Counted from the stretch's first letter, positions 37,718 to 47,855 are shown. The stretch is 64,000 bases of DNA from Patescibacteria group bacterium (GCA_019744845.1 JAIETW010000001.1:354859-418858); one strand, 5' to 3'. Translations and numbers: made by a program. Notes: a model not told the origin generated them from the letters alone.

Positions 37718-38497
37718 CTATTCCTCGCCAGGGCGACGAGAAACCACCAACGTTTTGTCCTTTTCCACCAAAATAGTGTGCTCAAAGTGTGCAGAAATAG
37801 AGCCATCCTTGGTGCGGTACGTATAGCCATCAGGCGCAAGAATCACCGATGCCTTACCGGCGTTTGCGATAGGTTCAAGCGCAAGCACCATACCCTCTAC
37901 AATCTCAGGACCGGTACCAGGTGTGCCTACGTTCGCAATCCATGGCTCCTCGTGCACCCCTGCACCGACCCCGTGCCCTCCAAGCACCTTCACGACAGAG
38001 AACCCTGTGCCCTTAAACGTCTTCTCTGTTGCATGCGAAATGTCACCAATACAATTTCCAGGACGTGCAGCGGCAATCGCGTTCTCCAGAGACGCCTTCG
38101 TCACGGCCATGAGGCGTGTCGCTTCGTCACTTACCTTCCCTACCGGTACGGTAATCGCTGAGTCAGTCACGTATCCCTTGTGTATGAGTCCCAGATCAAG
38201 CGCCACAATATCTCCCTCCTTGATAAAACGGGGTGCTTCGTTTGGAATACCGTGCACCACCTCATCATTCACGGATACACAGAGCGTTGCAGGATACGGA
38301 CGTGCAGCACGCTCTGGCGTGTAATCAAGAAAAGCCGGCATATCGCCCCCCTCACGAATCAGACGCTCCGCAATCTCATCAAGGGTGGCGGTAGAGACGC
38401 CAGGCGCAACCGCTTTCGCCACTTCAGACAACACGACGCCAAGCCGACGACCGGATTCAATGATTCCCTCGCGATCAGTGTTGTTTCGTACGATCAT
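37718..38497 (-). CDS. map: Methionine aminopeptidase type I
   Basis: SVNDEVVHGIP, DSA.T, GHGVG..HEEP, EP, HFEHT. Confidence 0.96.
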   Translation of the reverse strand: MIVRNNTDREGIIESGRRLGVVLSEVAKAVAPGVSTATLDEIAERLIREGGDMPAFLDYTPERAARPYPATLCVSVNDEVVHGIPNEAPRFIKEGDIVALDLGLIHKGYVTDSAITVPVGKVSDEATRLMAVTKASLENAIAAARPGNCIGDISHATEKTFKGTGFSVVKVLGGHGVGAGVHEEPWIANVGTPGTGPEIVEGMVLALEPIANAGKASVILAPDGYTYRTKDGSISAHFEHTILVEKDKTLVVSRRPGEE

Positions 38498-39060
38498 TAG
38501 ATACCTAGTGCAGAGCGAATATCACTCTGAATCGTTGCGACTTCTCCTTCACCGTTAATCTCTACCAGTGCGCCTGCCTCACGAAAGACTTCAATAGAAG
38601 GGTCCGTGTAGAGTCGATACTCCTCAAGACGCTTCTCTACCGCATGATCATCAGCGCGTCCTGAAACAGCCGCGCGCTTCCCAAGGCGATCAATAATCTC
38701 TGCGTCAGACACTTTCACATGTACGGCTTTAAACGGGCGCCCAAGCCAGTGCAATACCTCAACGACGACCTTTGCTTCTGGCACTTTGCGACCAAACCCA
38801 TCAAAGATTACTCCCTCCGACAATGGAAAGTTAAGGATGGACTTCTGGAAGAGATACATTGCAAACCAATCAGGTGCGAGGAGTCCCTGCTCTACTTCTC
38901 CTTTCATCTTGCGTCCTACCTCCGTCTCTTCTTTCATGAGTGCACGGAAGAGATCACCTGAGGCGGTGACCTTCCATCCCGTAGCTTCAGACAAGAGCGC
39001 AGCCTGCGTACCCTTACCGCTTCCTGGTTTCCCTATAAACAACACGGTGTTGAGATCCAT
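38497..39060 (-). CDS. adk: Adenylate kinase (short, no LID)
   Basis: GKPGSGKGTQ, GDLFR, FDGFGR, GRADD. Confidence 0.9.
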   Translation of the reverse strand: MDLNTVLFIGKPGSGKGTQAALLSEATGWKVTASGDLFRALMKEETEVGRKMKGEVEQGLLAPDWFAMYLFQKSILNFPLSEGVIFDGFGRKVPEAKVVVEVLHWLGRPFKAVHVKVSDAEIIDRLGKRAAVSGRADDHAVEKRLEEYRLYTDPSIEVFREAGALVEINGEGEVATIQSDIRSALGI

Positions 39061-39087
39061 ATCACCGCTACTGTAGCACAATCAGAA

Positions 39088-40362
39088 TTAGTACTCGCGG
39101 AGTGACACCTGTGCATCAATCTTGCGAATAAGATCAAGAAGCACGGTAACCGCAATCAAAAGTGCCGTACCTCCAACAAGAATGGCAGTGATGCCAGTCA
39201 ATCCCTGAATCACAAACGGCACGACCGCGATAAGACCAAGGAAGAGTGCACCTGGGAAGGTCACACGAGCAACGACGTTACCAATGTAGGTCTCCGTCTC
39301 ACGTCCTGGGCGTACGCCTGGAACAAACGCACCAGTCTTCTGAAGGTTGTCCGAGACACGCTTTGGCTCAAAGGTGATTGAAGTGTAGAAGAAGGTGAAC
39401 ATCACCACGAGGACGAAGTAGACTGCACCATGTGCCCAGGTGTTTGCGGTGAATGCCGTGTAGGCAGCAAGCGCGCCTTCCATTCCCCCAACACCAACAG
39501 CCGCAAGACCCGTGAGTGCAACCTGTGGAAGAAGGATAAGGGAAAGTGCAAAGATGATTGGCATCACACCAGCCTGAAGAAGACGGATAGGAAGGTAGGT
39601 TGCGGCTCCCTGATTCGTTGCCGCACCACGTACCTGACGTGCGTAGGCAATTGGGATAGAACGCTCTGCCTCAGATACCGTGACCACTGAATAGATCGCG
39701 ACGAGAGAGAGGATGAAGAAGCCGATGTAGGCAGGAATGTTTGCCGCAGATGCCGTGAAGAGGATCTGGGAAAGGCCGGCAGGAACTCCCGCGACGATAC
39801 CGGCAAAGATGATGAGGGAGACACCGTTTCCGATACCGAACTCGGTGATGAGTTCTCCGATCCACATGAGGAACATGGAGCCCGCAGCCACAAGGAATAC
39901 GTTCACGGCAAACGCAAACGGCGTGAGGGTAGAAATAATACCCTGACTCTCCAGAAGAGAGAGGAAGGCGACTGCCTGCAGGATAGCAATCGGAATCGTA
40001 AGCGTACGAGAAATAGCGATGAACTTCGTGCGGCCTGCCTCACCCTCTTCGCTGTACATGGCCTTCACTTGAGGGAAGATCACGGTGGCAAGCTGCATGA
40101 TGATGGATGCCGTAATGTACGGACCCACTCCAAGCATCACGATAGAGAGGTTAGAAAAGCCACCTCCTGAGAAGATGTTCAAAAGACCGAAGAACTGGTT
40201 GTTCGTAAAGAACTGCTCAAGGCGCACCTTATCAACGCCAGAGATTGGAATCGCTGCAAGAAAACGAAATGCCGCAAACGCCGCAACAATAAAGAAAATG
40301 CGGAATCGGATCACCGGATCGGTGAAGGCAAGTTTAACTTTCCTGAAGAAGTTCTTGATCAT
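39088..40362 (-). CDS. secY: Preprotein translocase SecY
   Basis: LGVGPYITASIIMQL, GIGNGVSLIIF, PGVRPG. Confidence 0.97.
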   Translation of the reverse strand: MIKNFFRKVKLAFTDPVIRFRIFFIVAAFAAFRFLAAIPISGVDKVRLEQFFTNNQFFGLLNIFSGGGFSNLSIVMLGVGPYITASIIMQLATVIFPQVKAMYSEEGEAGRTKFIAISRTLTIPIAILQAVAFLSLLESQGIISTLTPFAFAVNVFLVAAGSMFLMWIGELITEFGIGNGVSLIIFAGIVAGVPAGLSQILFTASAANIPAYIGFFILSLVAIYSVVTVSEAERSIPIAYARQVRGAATNQGAATYLPIRLLQAGVMPIIFALSLILLPQVALTGLAAVGVGGMEGALAAYTAFTANTWAHGAVYFVLVVMFTFFYTSITFEPKRVSDNLQKTGAFVPGVRPGRETETYIGNVVARVTFPGALFLGLIAVVPFVIQGLTGITAILVGGTALLIAVTVLLDLIRKIDAQVSLREY

Positions 40363-40811
40363 TAGAGGATTGAGCCGCCGGCCTTCTCAATGGCGGCCTT
40401 GGCCGTGGCAGACGCGCTCATTCCTGAAATGGAGAGCTTCTTGGTAAGCTCGCCTGCACCAAGAATCTTGATGGCAGGAACGCGTGCTCCGCGAAGAGAG
40501 ACAATCCCTTTCTTCACAAGCTCGGTTGGAGTGACGGTATCGCCTGCAGAAAATGCAGCCTCAAGTACCGCAAGGTTTACGGCACGCGCCACACTGCGAT
40601 CAATACGAACGGTGCGGCTACGATTCTTTCCGTATCCACGGCGCTTTGGAATCTTCTTGATGAGGTCACGCATCTCAGGGCGCATCTTGCGTCCCGCACG
40701 TGCCTTCTGACCCTTGGTGCCACGACCAGAGGTCTTTCCACGCTTGCCACCACGTCCCACGCGGGCGCTGGTGATGCGAGGTGTTCGTGCTTTAAGTGAG
40801 TTTGTTTGCAT
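40362..40811 (-). CDS. rplO: 50S ribosomal protein L15
   Basis: RVGRG..GKTSGRGTKGQKAR. Confidence 0.96.
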   Translation of the reverse strand: MQTNSLKARTPRITSARVGRGGKRGKTSGRGTKGQKARAGRKMRPEMRDLIKKIPKRRGYGKNRSRTVRIDRSVARAVNLAVLEAAFSAGDTVTPTELVKKGIVSLRGARVPAIKILGAGELTKKLSISGMSASATAKAAIEKAGGSIL

Positions 40812-40822
40812 ACAAAAGTAGT

Positions 40823-41407
40823 TTACCCCTTAAGCGTCTTAAGTGCTGCAACGGTGGCGCGTGCAATCGTAAGCTTGTTCTTGGTACGGGTAAGGATCTT
40901 GGTGACCACATCTCCAATACCGGCAAGCTCAAGCACGGTGCGCATTGCAGAACCAGCCACAAGTCCGCGACCTGGAGATGGCTTGATGGCGACAGTTACC
41001 GTTCCGTAGGTGATAGATACATCGTGCTTGATAGAACCGCTCTTGGTGCGAGGAATGGTGACGAGGTGCTTCTTGGCATCACGTACTGCCTTATCAATGG
41101 CAAGCGCGGTGTCTGCTCCCTTTCCAAGACCGACACCGACACGACCCTTACGATCACCAATGACGATGGTGACGCTGAATGAGAAGCGACGACCTCCGGC
41201 CATCACACGAGCCACGCGACGTACGTCGACGGTGACCTGGTCAAACTCACTGCGCTCGCGCTCGCGGCGCTGAGGGCGTCCTCCACGACGCTCAGGGCGG
41301 CGGCCTCCACGTCCTCCACGTGCATCAGGCTTTGCGTCAGCCACAGGGGCTGCAGCCGCTACGGGGGTGTCGGTTACTGGGGTATCCATAGTTTGCGTGT
41401 CAGTCAT
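40823..41407 (-). CDS. rpsE: 30S ribosomal protein S5
   Basis: RVARVMAGGRRFSF, GRVGVG.GK. Confidence 0.96.
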   Translation of the reverse strand: MTDTQTMDTPVTDTPVAAAAPVADAKPDARGGRGGRRPERRGGRPQRRERERSEFDQVTVDVRRVARVMAGGRRFSFSVTIVIGDRKGRVGVGLGKGADTALAIDKAVRDAKKHLVTIPRTKSGSIKHDVSITYGTVTVAIKPSPGRGLVAGSAMRTVLELAGIGDVVTKILTRTKNKLTIARATVAALKTLKG

Positions 41408-41411
41408 AGTA

Positions 41412-41759
41412 TTAGAAAGAAAGTCCGCCTGCGCGTGCCGCGTCAGCAAGTGCCTTGATCTGGGCAGCGTATGAGTAGCCACCACGATCAAACACAACCG
41501 CCTTCACACCCTTCGCAACGGCGCGCTCCGCAATTGCCTTACCCACTGCAGCGGCCTGCACACTTAGAGAGCCTGGGAACTCGCGACCGTGTGCGGTAAC
41601 GAGCGTCGTACCTGCATCATCATTAATAACCTGCACGCTGATGAAGCGATTTGAACGGAAGACCGCAAGACGAGGACGTGCCTCGGTACCACTAATCTTT
41701 CCGCGAACGCGCTTGTGGCGGCGGGTACGTGATGCTGCTTTGGTAAGAGTTTTAGGCAT
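41412..41759 (-). CDS. rplR: 50S ribosomal protein L18
   Basis: [16 protein letters not shown]. Confidence 0.96.
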   Translation of the reverse strand: MPKTLTKAASRTRRHKRVRGKISGTEARPRLAVFRSNRFISVQVINDDAGTTLVTAHGREFPGSLSVQAAAVGKAIAERAVAKGVKAVVFDRGGYSYAAQIKALADAARAGGLSF

Positions 41760-41767
41760 ATGAAATA

Positions 41768-42304
41768 TTAGACGGCCTTCTTGCCCTGCTTACGGCGGAT
41801 AACCTCGCCCTCGTATGCAATACCCTTTCCAAGGTATGGCTCAGGCTTCTTCACCTGACGAATCTCAGCCGCAAACTGGCCGACTGCCTGCTTGTCAGCG
41901 CCTTCAATAGAGATGGTGTTCTTCGCAACTGTGGCAGTGATGCCTTCAGGAATGGTGAGGGCCACAGGGTGTGAGAACCCAACGGCAAAGACAAGCTCCT
42001 TACCCTTAAGCTCTACCTTGTATCCGACTCCGGTCAAGATGAGGTTCTTCTTGAATGGTTCCTCTACTCCCTTAATCATTGCTTTTGCGTGTGCAGCAAA
42101 GGTGCCCGTAAGTGCGTGCGAAAGACGGGAGCTGTTCTTTGGGGTGATGACGATTCCTTCAGGAGTAACTTCAATATTGATTGAAGAATGAATAGCACGA
42201 GAGAGCGTTGCCTTTGAACCCTTAACGGTAAGCACTCCCTCAGCGGAGGTCACCTGTACCTTCCCTGGAATAACAATCGGCTTTTTTGCGAGACGTGAGG
42301 CCAT
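41768..42304 (-). CDS. rplF: 50S ribosomal protein L6
   Basis: [19 protein letters not shown]. Confidence 0.96.
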   Translation of the reverse strand: MASRLAKKPIVIPGKVQVTSAEGVLTVKGSKATLSRAIHSSINIEVTPEGIVITPKNSSRLSHALTGTFAAHAKAMIKGVEEPFKKNLILTGVGYKVELKGKELVFAVGFSHPVALTIPEGITATVAKNTISIEGADKQAVGQFAAEIRQVKKPEPYLGKGIAYEGEVIRRKQGKKAV

Positions 42305-42310
42305 AATGAT

Positions 42311-42703
42311 TTACCAGATCTCAAAGAGAGTCTCCCCTCCGGCGCGTACCTGACGTGCCTCCTTATCACCGAGGATACCCTTTGGTGTAGAGAGAATACG
42401 AGCACCAAGACCGTTCTTGACGCTGTGTGCATCGCGAGAAGAAACGTACAGGCGACGACCTGGCTTAGAGATACGCTTCACATCGTTAATCTTGTGTACG
42501 CCGTTCTCGTAGGCGAGCTCTACCTCAAGCATCTTCTTGCCTGCCTTGGTAGAGACATCTACACCAGCGACAAAGCCAAGATCACGAAGCTTCTTCGCAA
42601 TATCCTCTAGGTGGTTTGAGTGAGGTACAGAAATAGAAGAGGTACCGATGGCACCGGCATTCTTAAGACGGATTATGAAATCTCCAACGCGGTCGCTTAC
42701 CAT
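42311..42703 (-). CDS. rpsH: 30S ribosomal protein S8
   Basis: [18 protein letters not shown]. Confidence 0.96.
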   Translation of the reverse strand: MVSDRVGDFIIRLKNAGAIGTSSISVPHSNHLEDIAKKLRDLGFVAGVDVSTKAGKKMLEVELAYENGVHKINDVKRISKPGRRLYVSSRDAHSVKNGLGARILSTPKGILGDKEARQVRAGGETLFEIW

Positions 42704-42966
42704 GATGCTTTCTTTACGCCCGGAACCTTACCCTCGCGGGCAAGCTCACGGAACTGAATACGAGAGAGACCGAAGGCACGGAGGTACCCACGACCACGAC
42801 CAGTGATAGAACAACGGTTCTTTACGCGAACCGGGGAGGAGTTTTTCGGAAGCTTCTGGAGGCCTGCAGAATCCCCTGCCGCCTTAAGCGCAGCACGCTT
42901 GGTAGCATACTTAGCCACGAGCTTTGCGCGCTTTGCGTTACGGGCGAGTTGGGATGTTTTGGCCAT
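42697..42966 (-). CDS. rpsN: 30S ribosomal protein S14, 89-aa Zn-independent (C-) form
   Basis: [28 protein letters not shown]; only one Cys. Confidence 0.95.
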   Translation of the reverse strand: MAKTSQLARNAKRAKLVAKYATKRAALKAAGDSAGLQKLPKNSSPVRVKNRCSITGRGRGYLRAFGLSRIQFRELAREGKVPGVKKASW

Positions 42967-42996
42967 AAGAAAAATAGCTCCGAGGAGCGTCAAGAC

Positions 42997-43025
42997 AATG
43001 TATCAATAGTGATAGTCAGTGTCAA
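42997..43025 (-). promoter_or_regulatory. Sigma70-type promoter upstream of rpsN
   Basis: TTGACA-17 nt-TACATT. Confidence 0.75.
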
Positions 43026-43037
43026 ACAACCTTGAAT

Positions 43038-43568
43038 TTAGGCCCTAAAAGGGATCCCAAGGTGCGTGAAGAACCCTTCTGCCTCCGGCTTCGACGTAGC
43101 CGTGGTCACAATCGTGATCGCAATGCCAAACACATCCTTCAAGTCCTCGTCTGAGGTCTCTGGGAAGATCGTATTCTCCTTGATACCGATGGTGATGTTC
43201 CCCATATCATCCACGGTGGTCTTTGCGATACCGCGGAAGTCACGAGTACGAGGAAGCGCGACATGGATGAGCTTATCAATGAAGTCAAACATGCGTGCAC
43301 CACGTAGCGTCACCTGGTAGCCGACAATGTCACCCTCACGCATCTTGAACTGCGCGATAGATGCCTTTGCGGCACGAGGAGATGCCTTCTGTCCCGTGAT
43401 GCGCGCAAGACGCTCTTCCACGAGTGCCTTCTTTGCCTTGTCGGCCTTTCCAACTCCAGAAGAGATAACGACCTTAAGAATACGAGGAGCCGCCATGCGG
43501 TTCTTGTATCCGAAGGTTTCAGAAAGTGCCTCGTAGGCGGTCTGTTGTTTTTGTTTTGAAAGCATCAT
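43038..43568 (-). CDS. rplE: 50S ribosomal protein L5
   Basis: ITGQK, VTLRG, LPRTRDFRG, FPE. Confidence 0.96.
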   Translation of the reverse strand: MMLSKQKQQTAYEALSETFGYKNRMAAPRILKVVISSGVGKADKAKKALVEERLARITGQKASPRAAKASIAQFKMREGDIVGYQVTLRGARMFDFIDKLIHVALPRTRDFRGIAKTTVDDMGNITIGIKENTIFPETSDEDLKDVFGIAITIVTTATSKPEAEGFFTHLGIPFRA

Positions 43569-43575
43569 ACGAAAT

Positions 43576-43935
43576 TTACTTAGCGGCTGCGGCCTTCTTT
43601 GCACGAGGAGCCTTCTTCTCTGCAGTCTCTACCTTTCCGACGTTAGACGCGTGAATAGATGCAGGGTGCTCCACAATGCGACCTGACTGACCACGACCAG
43701 AGCGGCGGTGATGGCGCTTGACCATCGCAACGCCTTCTACCACCACACGGTTCTCGCGTGGAAGCACGGTAAGAATGACGCCAGTCTTGCCCTTATCTTT
43801 TCCAGAAAGGACCTTTACCTTGTCACCCTTCTTGATCTTCATCTTCATGGCACGCATAGGCACACCCTTACGTGCGTTACGCTTGCGGCGGCTTGCGGCG
43901 TATGACTTCTGCTGTGTATCGGTGTACTTCTTCAT
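43576..43935 (-). CDS. rplX: 50S ribosomal protein L24 with basic N-terminal extension
   Basis: KIKKGDKV.V.SGKDKGK, IHASNV. Confidence 0.93.
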   Translation of the reverse strand: MKKYTDTQQKSYAASRRKRNARKGVPMRAMKMKIKKGDKVKVLSGKDKGKTGVILTVLPRENRVVVEGVAMVKRHHRRSGRGQSGRIVEHPASIHASNVGKVETAEKKAPRAKKAAAAK

Positions 43936-43941
43936 AAAATA

Positions 43942-44319
43942 TTAGACGACCTCAGGGGCAAGAGACGCAATGTTCTGCCAACCCTTTTCCGTAAGCTCAC
44001 GAGCCACTGGACCGAAGACACGGTTACCACGAGGACCCATCTCCTTACCCTGCTTCTCAATGATCACGACTGCGTTGTCATCAAAAGCGATGTAGGAACC
44101 GTTTGCACGGCGGAATGGCTTCTTGGTGCGGACGACCACTGCCTTCACTACATCCTTCTTCTTGGTTGCCTTACGAGGCTCTGCAGTCTGAATAGAAATC
44201 ACAACCACATCTCCAAGTCCTGCGTAGCGGCGCTTGGATCCACCAAGTACCTTGAAGACACGGCCAACCTTGGCGCCTGAGTTGTCTGCAACGGTAACGA
44301 TAGTGCGGTCGTGAATCAT
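43942..44319 (-). CDS. rplN: 50S ribosomal protein L14
   Basis: [21 protein letters not shown]. Confidence 0.97.
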   Translation of the reverse strand: MIHDRTIVTVADNSGAKVGRVFKVLGGSKRRYAGLGDVVVISIQTAEPRKATKKKDVVKAVVVRTKKPFRRANGSYIAFDDNAVVIIEKQGKEMGPRGNRVFGPVARELTEKGWQNIASLAPEVV

Positions 44320-44323
44320 AGAA

Positions 44324-44569
44324 TTATGCGGAAGCGATCTTGAAGCGCTTCATCTTAGAAAGAGGGCGGCAGCCGACGATAGTGACGGTGTCTCCTACCT
44401 TTACGGTGTTACCTGGATCATGCACAAGATACTTCTTGGTGCGGGTCTGGTACTTCTTGTACTTTGCGTGCTTCACGTAGCGAGAGACCTCGACGGTAGC
44501 CGTGTCCTTCATGGCCGTCTTAACGACGACACCCTTGAAGCTCTGTGGACGTGGTGAGTTAGTTTCCAT
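44324..44569 (-). CDS. rpsQ: 30S ribosomal protein S17
   Basis: GVVV..M..T, RPLSK.KRF. Confidence 0.95.
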   Translation of the reverse strand: METNSPRPQSFKGVVVKTAMKDTATVEVSRYVKHAKYKKYQTRTKKYLVHDPGNTVKVGDTVTIVGCRPLSKMKRFKIASA

Positions 44570-44571
44570 AC

Positions 44572-44772
44572 TTAGTTGCTTACCTTCTTACGAAGTGCGA
44601 GTTCCGTCAAGATGCGTGCGATTTCCTTGCGGGTCTTTGCAGGTGCCTTTGAGTCAGCAGGACGTGCACCCGCAGCTTCAAAACGAAGCTTGCGGAGTTC
44701 CTCACGCTTCTCGGTGAGAGCCTTCTTAAGGTCCTCAATCGTCGTCTCTTTGTACGTAGTTTTCTTGGCCAT
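44572..44772 (-). CDS. rpmC: 50S ribosomal protein L29
   Basis: LRF, RKEIARILT; position in the operon. Confidence 0.92.
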   Translation of the reverse strand: MAKKTTYKETTIEDLKKALTEKREELRKLRFEAAGARPADSKAPAKTRKEIARILTELALRKKVSN

Positions 44773-44773
44773 A

Positions 44774-45196
44774 TTAGTTTCGGGTGACGACGGAGGTCTT
44801 AAGCGGAAGCTTTGCTCCTGCACGGCGCATTGCATCGCGCGCAATTGCATCCTCTACCCCATCAAGCTCAAACAAGACACGACCTGGGTGCACCTCAAAC
44901 ACAAAGTGCTTTGGATCTCCCTTTCCCTTACCCATTTTAAGACCGTCAGCCTTCTGAGTGATTGGACGATCAGGGAAGATGCGAATCCAAAGCTTGCCTC
45001 CCTTTCCAGTCACGCGAGTAAGCACCTTACGAGCCGCCTCAATCTGATTTGAAGTAATGCGAGAGGCAGTCGTTGCCTTCATGCCGTGTGAACCGAACGA
45101 TACGGTGGTACCGCGCGTATCAGGACGTGCCATCTTGGCTGGGGACTTTCGTCCGGTCTGCCACTTGCGGTGTTTTACTTTCTTAGGAAACAACAT
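44774..45196 (-). CDS. rplP: 50S ribosomal protein L16
   Basis: QIEAAR, WIRIFPD, MGKGKG. Confidence 0.97.
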   Translation of the reverse strand: MLFPKKVKHRKWQTGRKSPAKMARPDTRGTTVSFGSHGMKATTASRITSNQIEAARKVLTRVTGKGGKLWIRIFPDRPITQKADGLKMGKGKGDPKHFVFEVHPGRVLFELDGVEDAIARDAMRRAGAKLPLKTSVVTRN

Positions 45197-45207
45197 ACGT
45201 AAATATA

Positions 45208-45912
45208 TTAGTTGCGGGGAGCAGGCTGAGTTCCAGTCTTACGCTCTGCGAACTGGTCACCGAGGTAGATCCATACCTTGATACCGATCTGACCGTATGG
45301 AAGGTGCGCCTCGTGATGTGCGTAATCAATGTTTGCACGAAGAGTCTGAAGAGGGATACGGCCGCGCTTGATCTGCTCAATGCGAGACATGTCAGCACCT
45401 CCAAGACGTCCAGAAATCACGATGCGTACACCGACCACTTCACGAACGGCCATCACCTTCTCCACGGTGCTCTTAAGTACGCGGCGGAATGGAAGGCGCT
45501 TCTCAAGACCCTCAGCGACCATCTGACCGACGACTGCCGCGTTCGTTTCTGGCTGGCGGATCTCCATGATGTCGAGCTTCACGGCGCTCGTACGGTTCTG
45601 AGAATCAGCAGGAGCTGCCTTTGCAATCACTGCACCAAGTTCCTTGCGAAGCTTCGTTGCGTTCTCGCCTGAGCGACCAATCACAAGACCTGGACGTGCG
45701 GTGTGGAGGATGACGCGCGTCTCAGTGGCAGAGCGTTCAATCTCAATGTCAGCGACATGCATGCCCTTAAGACGCTTCGCGAGGAAGCGACGGATAGACT
45801 CATCTACCGCGATGTTCTCGCGGTACTGCTTCTTGCCACGGGCAAACCAACGGCTCTTCCAATCTCGGATGATGCCAAGGCGGTGTGCGTAAGGATGTAC
45901 GGTGTGTGTCAT
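45208..45912 (-). CDS. rpsC: 30S ribosomal protein S3
   Basis: RLGIIRDWKSRWF, GRIPLQTLRANIDY, GIKVWI. Confidence 0.97.
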   Translation of the reverse strand: MTHTVHPYAHRLGIIRDWKSRWFARGKKQYRENIAVDESIRRFLAKRLKGMHVADIEIERSATETRVILHTARPGLVIGRSGENATKLRKELGAVIAKAAPADSQNRTSAVKLDIMEIRQPETNAAVVGQMVAEGLEKRLPFRRVLKSTVEKVMAVREVVGVRIVISGRLGGADMSRIEQIKRGRIPLQTLRANIDYAHHEAHLPYGQIGIKVWIYLGDQFAERKTGTQPAPRN

Positions 45913-45920
45913 ACGAAAAT

Positions 45921-46238
45921 TTATGCGAGCTCTACGATGATCTGGCTCTTGCGGCGGCGAATCGGTGCGCCACGACCCATCGCGCGAGGCATGTACTTCA
46001 CGAGCATACCTGCTGAGTCAACGCGCACACTCTTCACGACAAGCTTCTCGGGATCCTGTCCCTTTGCTTTTGCGTTTGCAGCTGCAGACTCAATAAGCTT
46101 CTTGATAGGAAGGGCCGCACGCTTTGGAAGGAATGAGAGTGCGGCAAGTGCCTCAGGAACTTTCTTTCCCTTTACGAGATCCGTCACAAGGCGAACCTTG
46201 CGTGGGGGCTGATTGTGCGTGCTTAGAGATGCCTTCAT
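45921..46238 (-). CDS. rplV: 50S ribosomal protein L22
   Basis: PRKVRLV, SAAANA, PRAMGR. Confidence 0.96.
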   Translation of the reverse strand: MKASLSTHNQPPRKVRLVTDLVKGKKVPEALAALSFLPKRAALPIKKLIESAAANAKAKGQDPEKLVVKSVRVDSAGMLVKYMPRAMGRGAPIRRRKSQIIVELA

Positions 46239-46241
46239 ACC

Positions 46242-46589
46242 TTATTTCTTAGCGCCGGCAGGGGCAGGCTCCTTAGAAGCCTTTGCTGCTGCAATCTCAG
46301 CGTCCTTCTTCTTCTGCTCCATCTCCTTCTGCATCTTTCCTCCGTGACGGATGAACTTCTTGGTAGGACTAAACTCACCAAGGCGGTGTCCTACCATGTC
46401 TTCCGTGACGAGGACGTCTACAAAGGCCTTGCCATTGTGCACGCCAAAGGTGAAGCCGACGAACTCAGGCGCAATCTGAGAGTTGCGTGCCCACGTCTTA
46501 ATCACCCCCGTGTCTGAGGGTTTCTTTCCTTGTACCTTCTTCTGGAGTTTGACGTCCACGTAAGGTCCTTTCTTGAGTGATCGGGACAT
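46242..46589 (-). CDS. rpsS: 30S ribosomal protein S19
   Basis: [24 protein letters not shown]. Confidence 0.97.
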   Translation of the reverse strand: MSRSLKKGPYVDVKLQKKVQGKKPSDTGVIKTWARNSQIAPEFVGFTFGVHNGKAFVDVLVTEDMVGHRLGEFSPTKKFIRHGGKMQKEMEQKKKDAEIAAAKASKEPAPAGAKK

Positions 46590-46623
46590 GAGCAATTAAA
46601 AGCCCGCGGCGCGGGATAGGAGA

Positions 46624-46652
46624 AATCTATAGGAAATGGGCCTTAGTGTCAA
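46624..46652 (-). promoter_or_regulatory. Sigma70-type promoter upstream of rpsS
   Basis: TTGACA-17 nt-TAGATT. Confidence 0.75.
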
Positions 46653-46704
46653 ATTTATGCTTTCTTCATCTCCCCTACTCTAGGCTGAGGTACACTATAC
46701 CTAT

Positions 46705-47496
46705 ATGAAAACTGACCCAAAACTCCTTATCGGCGGCGTGATCCTTATTCTTCTTATCCTCGGCGGTGTCCTTTGGTACATGGCAAGTAACCCTGCCCCA
46801 GAACCGAGTGAGTTCCCTGAGGTCCCCGCAGGGCCTTCCCTAGGACAAAGCGAGCGTATATCAGAGAACGGCCAGTATCACGAGGTATCGGCCGAATATC
46901 CTGCCACAACCCCGCTACGAGCCTCTGCAGGGGCTGAGGCGGATGCTAGAGCGGTAGCCGCCTTCCGCGCCTTTGAAGAGAGAACTATTGAAACCTTTAA
47001 GGAGCAGAGTGGACTCAGTACTCTTACACAGGAAGACATAGAGATGTTTGGACTGGGGAATGAGCGCAAATATGCCATAGGCATTGACTACGAGATGTAT
47101 CAGTCAGATGCCACGGTGTCCTATGTGTTCATGATCTATGAAGATACGCTTGGTGCGCATCCAAACGGCTACTACCGCACGTTCACCTTTGATCTTGAGA
47201 CCGGCGCAGGACTCCAGCTCTCCCAACTCTTCGCACCAGGAGTGGACTACCTTGCCGTACTCTCTCAGAAATCTCGCGAGGCACTCTACACACAGCTCGG
47301 AGAGAACGCGGTCTCTGACATGCTTGAAGCGGGCACCACCCCTGACGAAGATAACTATCAGAACTTCTATCTGGAAGGAGAGGCGCTCGTGATTGTCTTC
47401 GCTCCTTATCAGGTAGGTCCATGGGCCATTGGCACGCAGGAAGTGAGGATCCCAAAAACTGAACTCTCGGGAATGCTCAAGGCCGAGTATCAGTAA
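46705..47496 (+). CDS. DUF3298/DUF4163 (RsiV/PdaC-like) membrane-anchored protein
   Basis: GAHPN..TFTFDL.TG..L.L..LF, F.PYQVGPWA.G..IP. Confidence 0.8.
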   Translation: MKTDPKLLIGGVILILLILGGVLWYMASNPAPEPSEFPEVPAGPSLGQSERISENGQYHEVSAEYPATTPLRASAGAEADARAVAAFRAFEERTIETFKEQSGLSTLTQEDIEMFGLGNERKYAIGIDYEMYQSDATVSYVFMIYEDTLGAHPNGYYRTFTFDLETGAGLQLSQLFAPGVDYLAVLSQKSREALYTQLGENAVSDMLEAGTTPDEDNYQNFYLEGEALVIVFAPYQVGPWAIGTQEVRIPKTELSGMLKAEYQ

Positions 47497-47497
47497 G

Positions 47498-47527
47498 AAA
47501 AAGCCCCGGGATACTCGGGGCTTTTTT
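47498..47527. terminator. Bidirectional intrinsic terminator
   Basis: AAAAAGCCCCG..CGGGGCTTTTTT. Confidence 0.88.
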
Positions 47528-47834
47528 AGTCTTTGAAAATATCGTCTGCAGTACCAAAAGATTCTGCGGTACCGAAGGCTGGGGGCGTACCCCCTGGTAC
47601 TTGCGATTCAGTTGTAAATAAACCTGGTGCAGGGAGATCCCCTCCAAGCGCTGCAAGACGTGCACGCACTTCCTCAAGAGCAGCAGCATCTGCGGCGACG
47701 TCTGGCGCCTCTGCAATTGGACGCTCTTCTTCCAAGTCGGTGGTTGCGGGCCATGGCTTATACGGTCCGTCAGGTCCCTGCGGTGCTCCAGCAGGAACAT
47801 GATATCCGTCGGGCCCTTGGCGCATGCCTCCCAT
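47526..47834 (-). CDS. Pro/Ala-rich orphan protein with two QGPDG copies
   Basis: ORF between two terminators; start at 47834 or 47825. Confidence 0.55.
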   Translation of the reverse strand: MGGMRQGPDGYHVPAGAPQGPDGPYKPWPATTDLEEERPIAEAPDVAADAAALEEVRARLAALGGDLPAPGLFTTESQVPGGTPPAFGTAESFGTADDIFKD

Positions 47835-47855
47835 ATGTCTGTAGCGTAGCAACAA

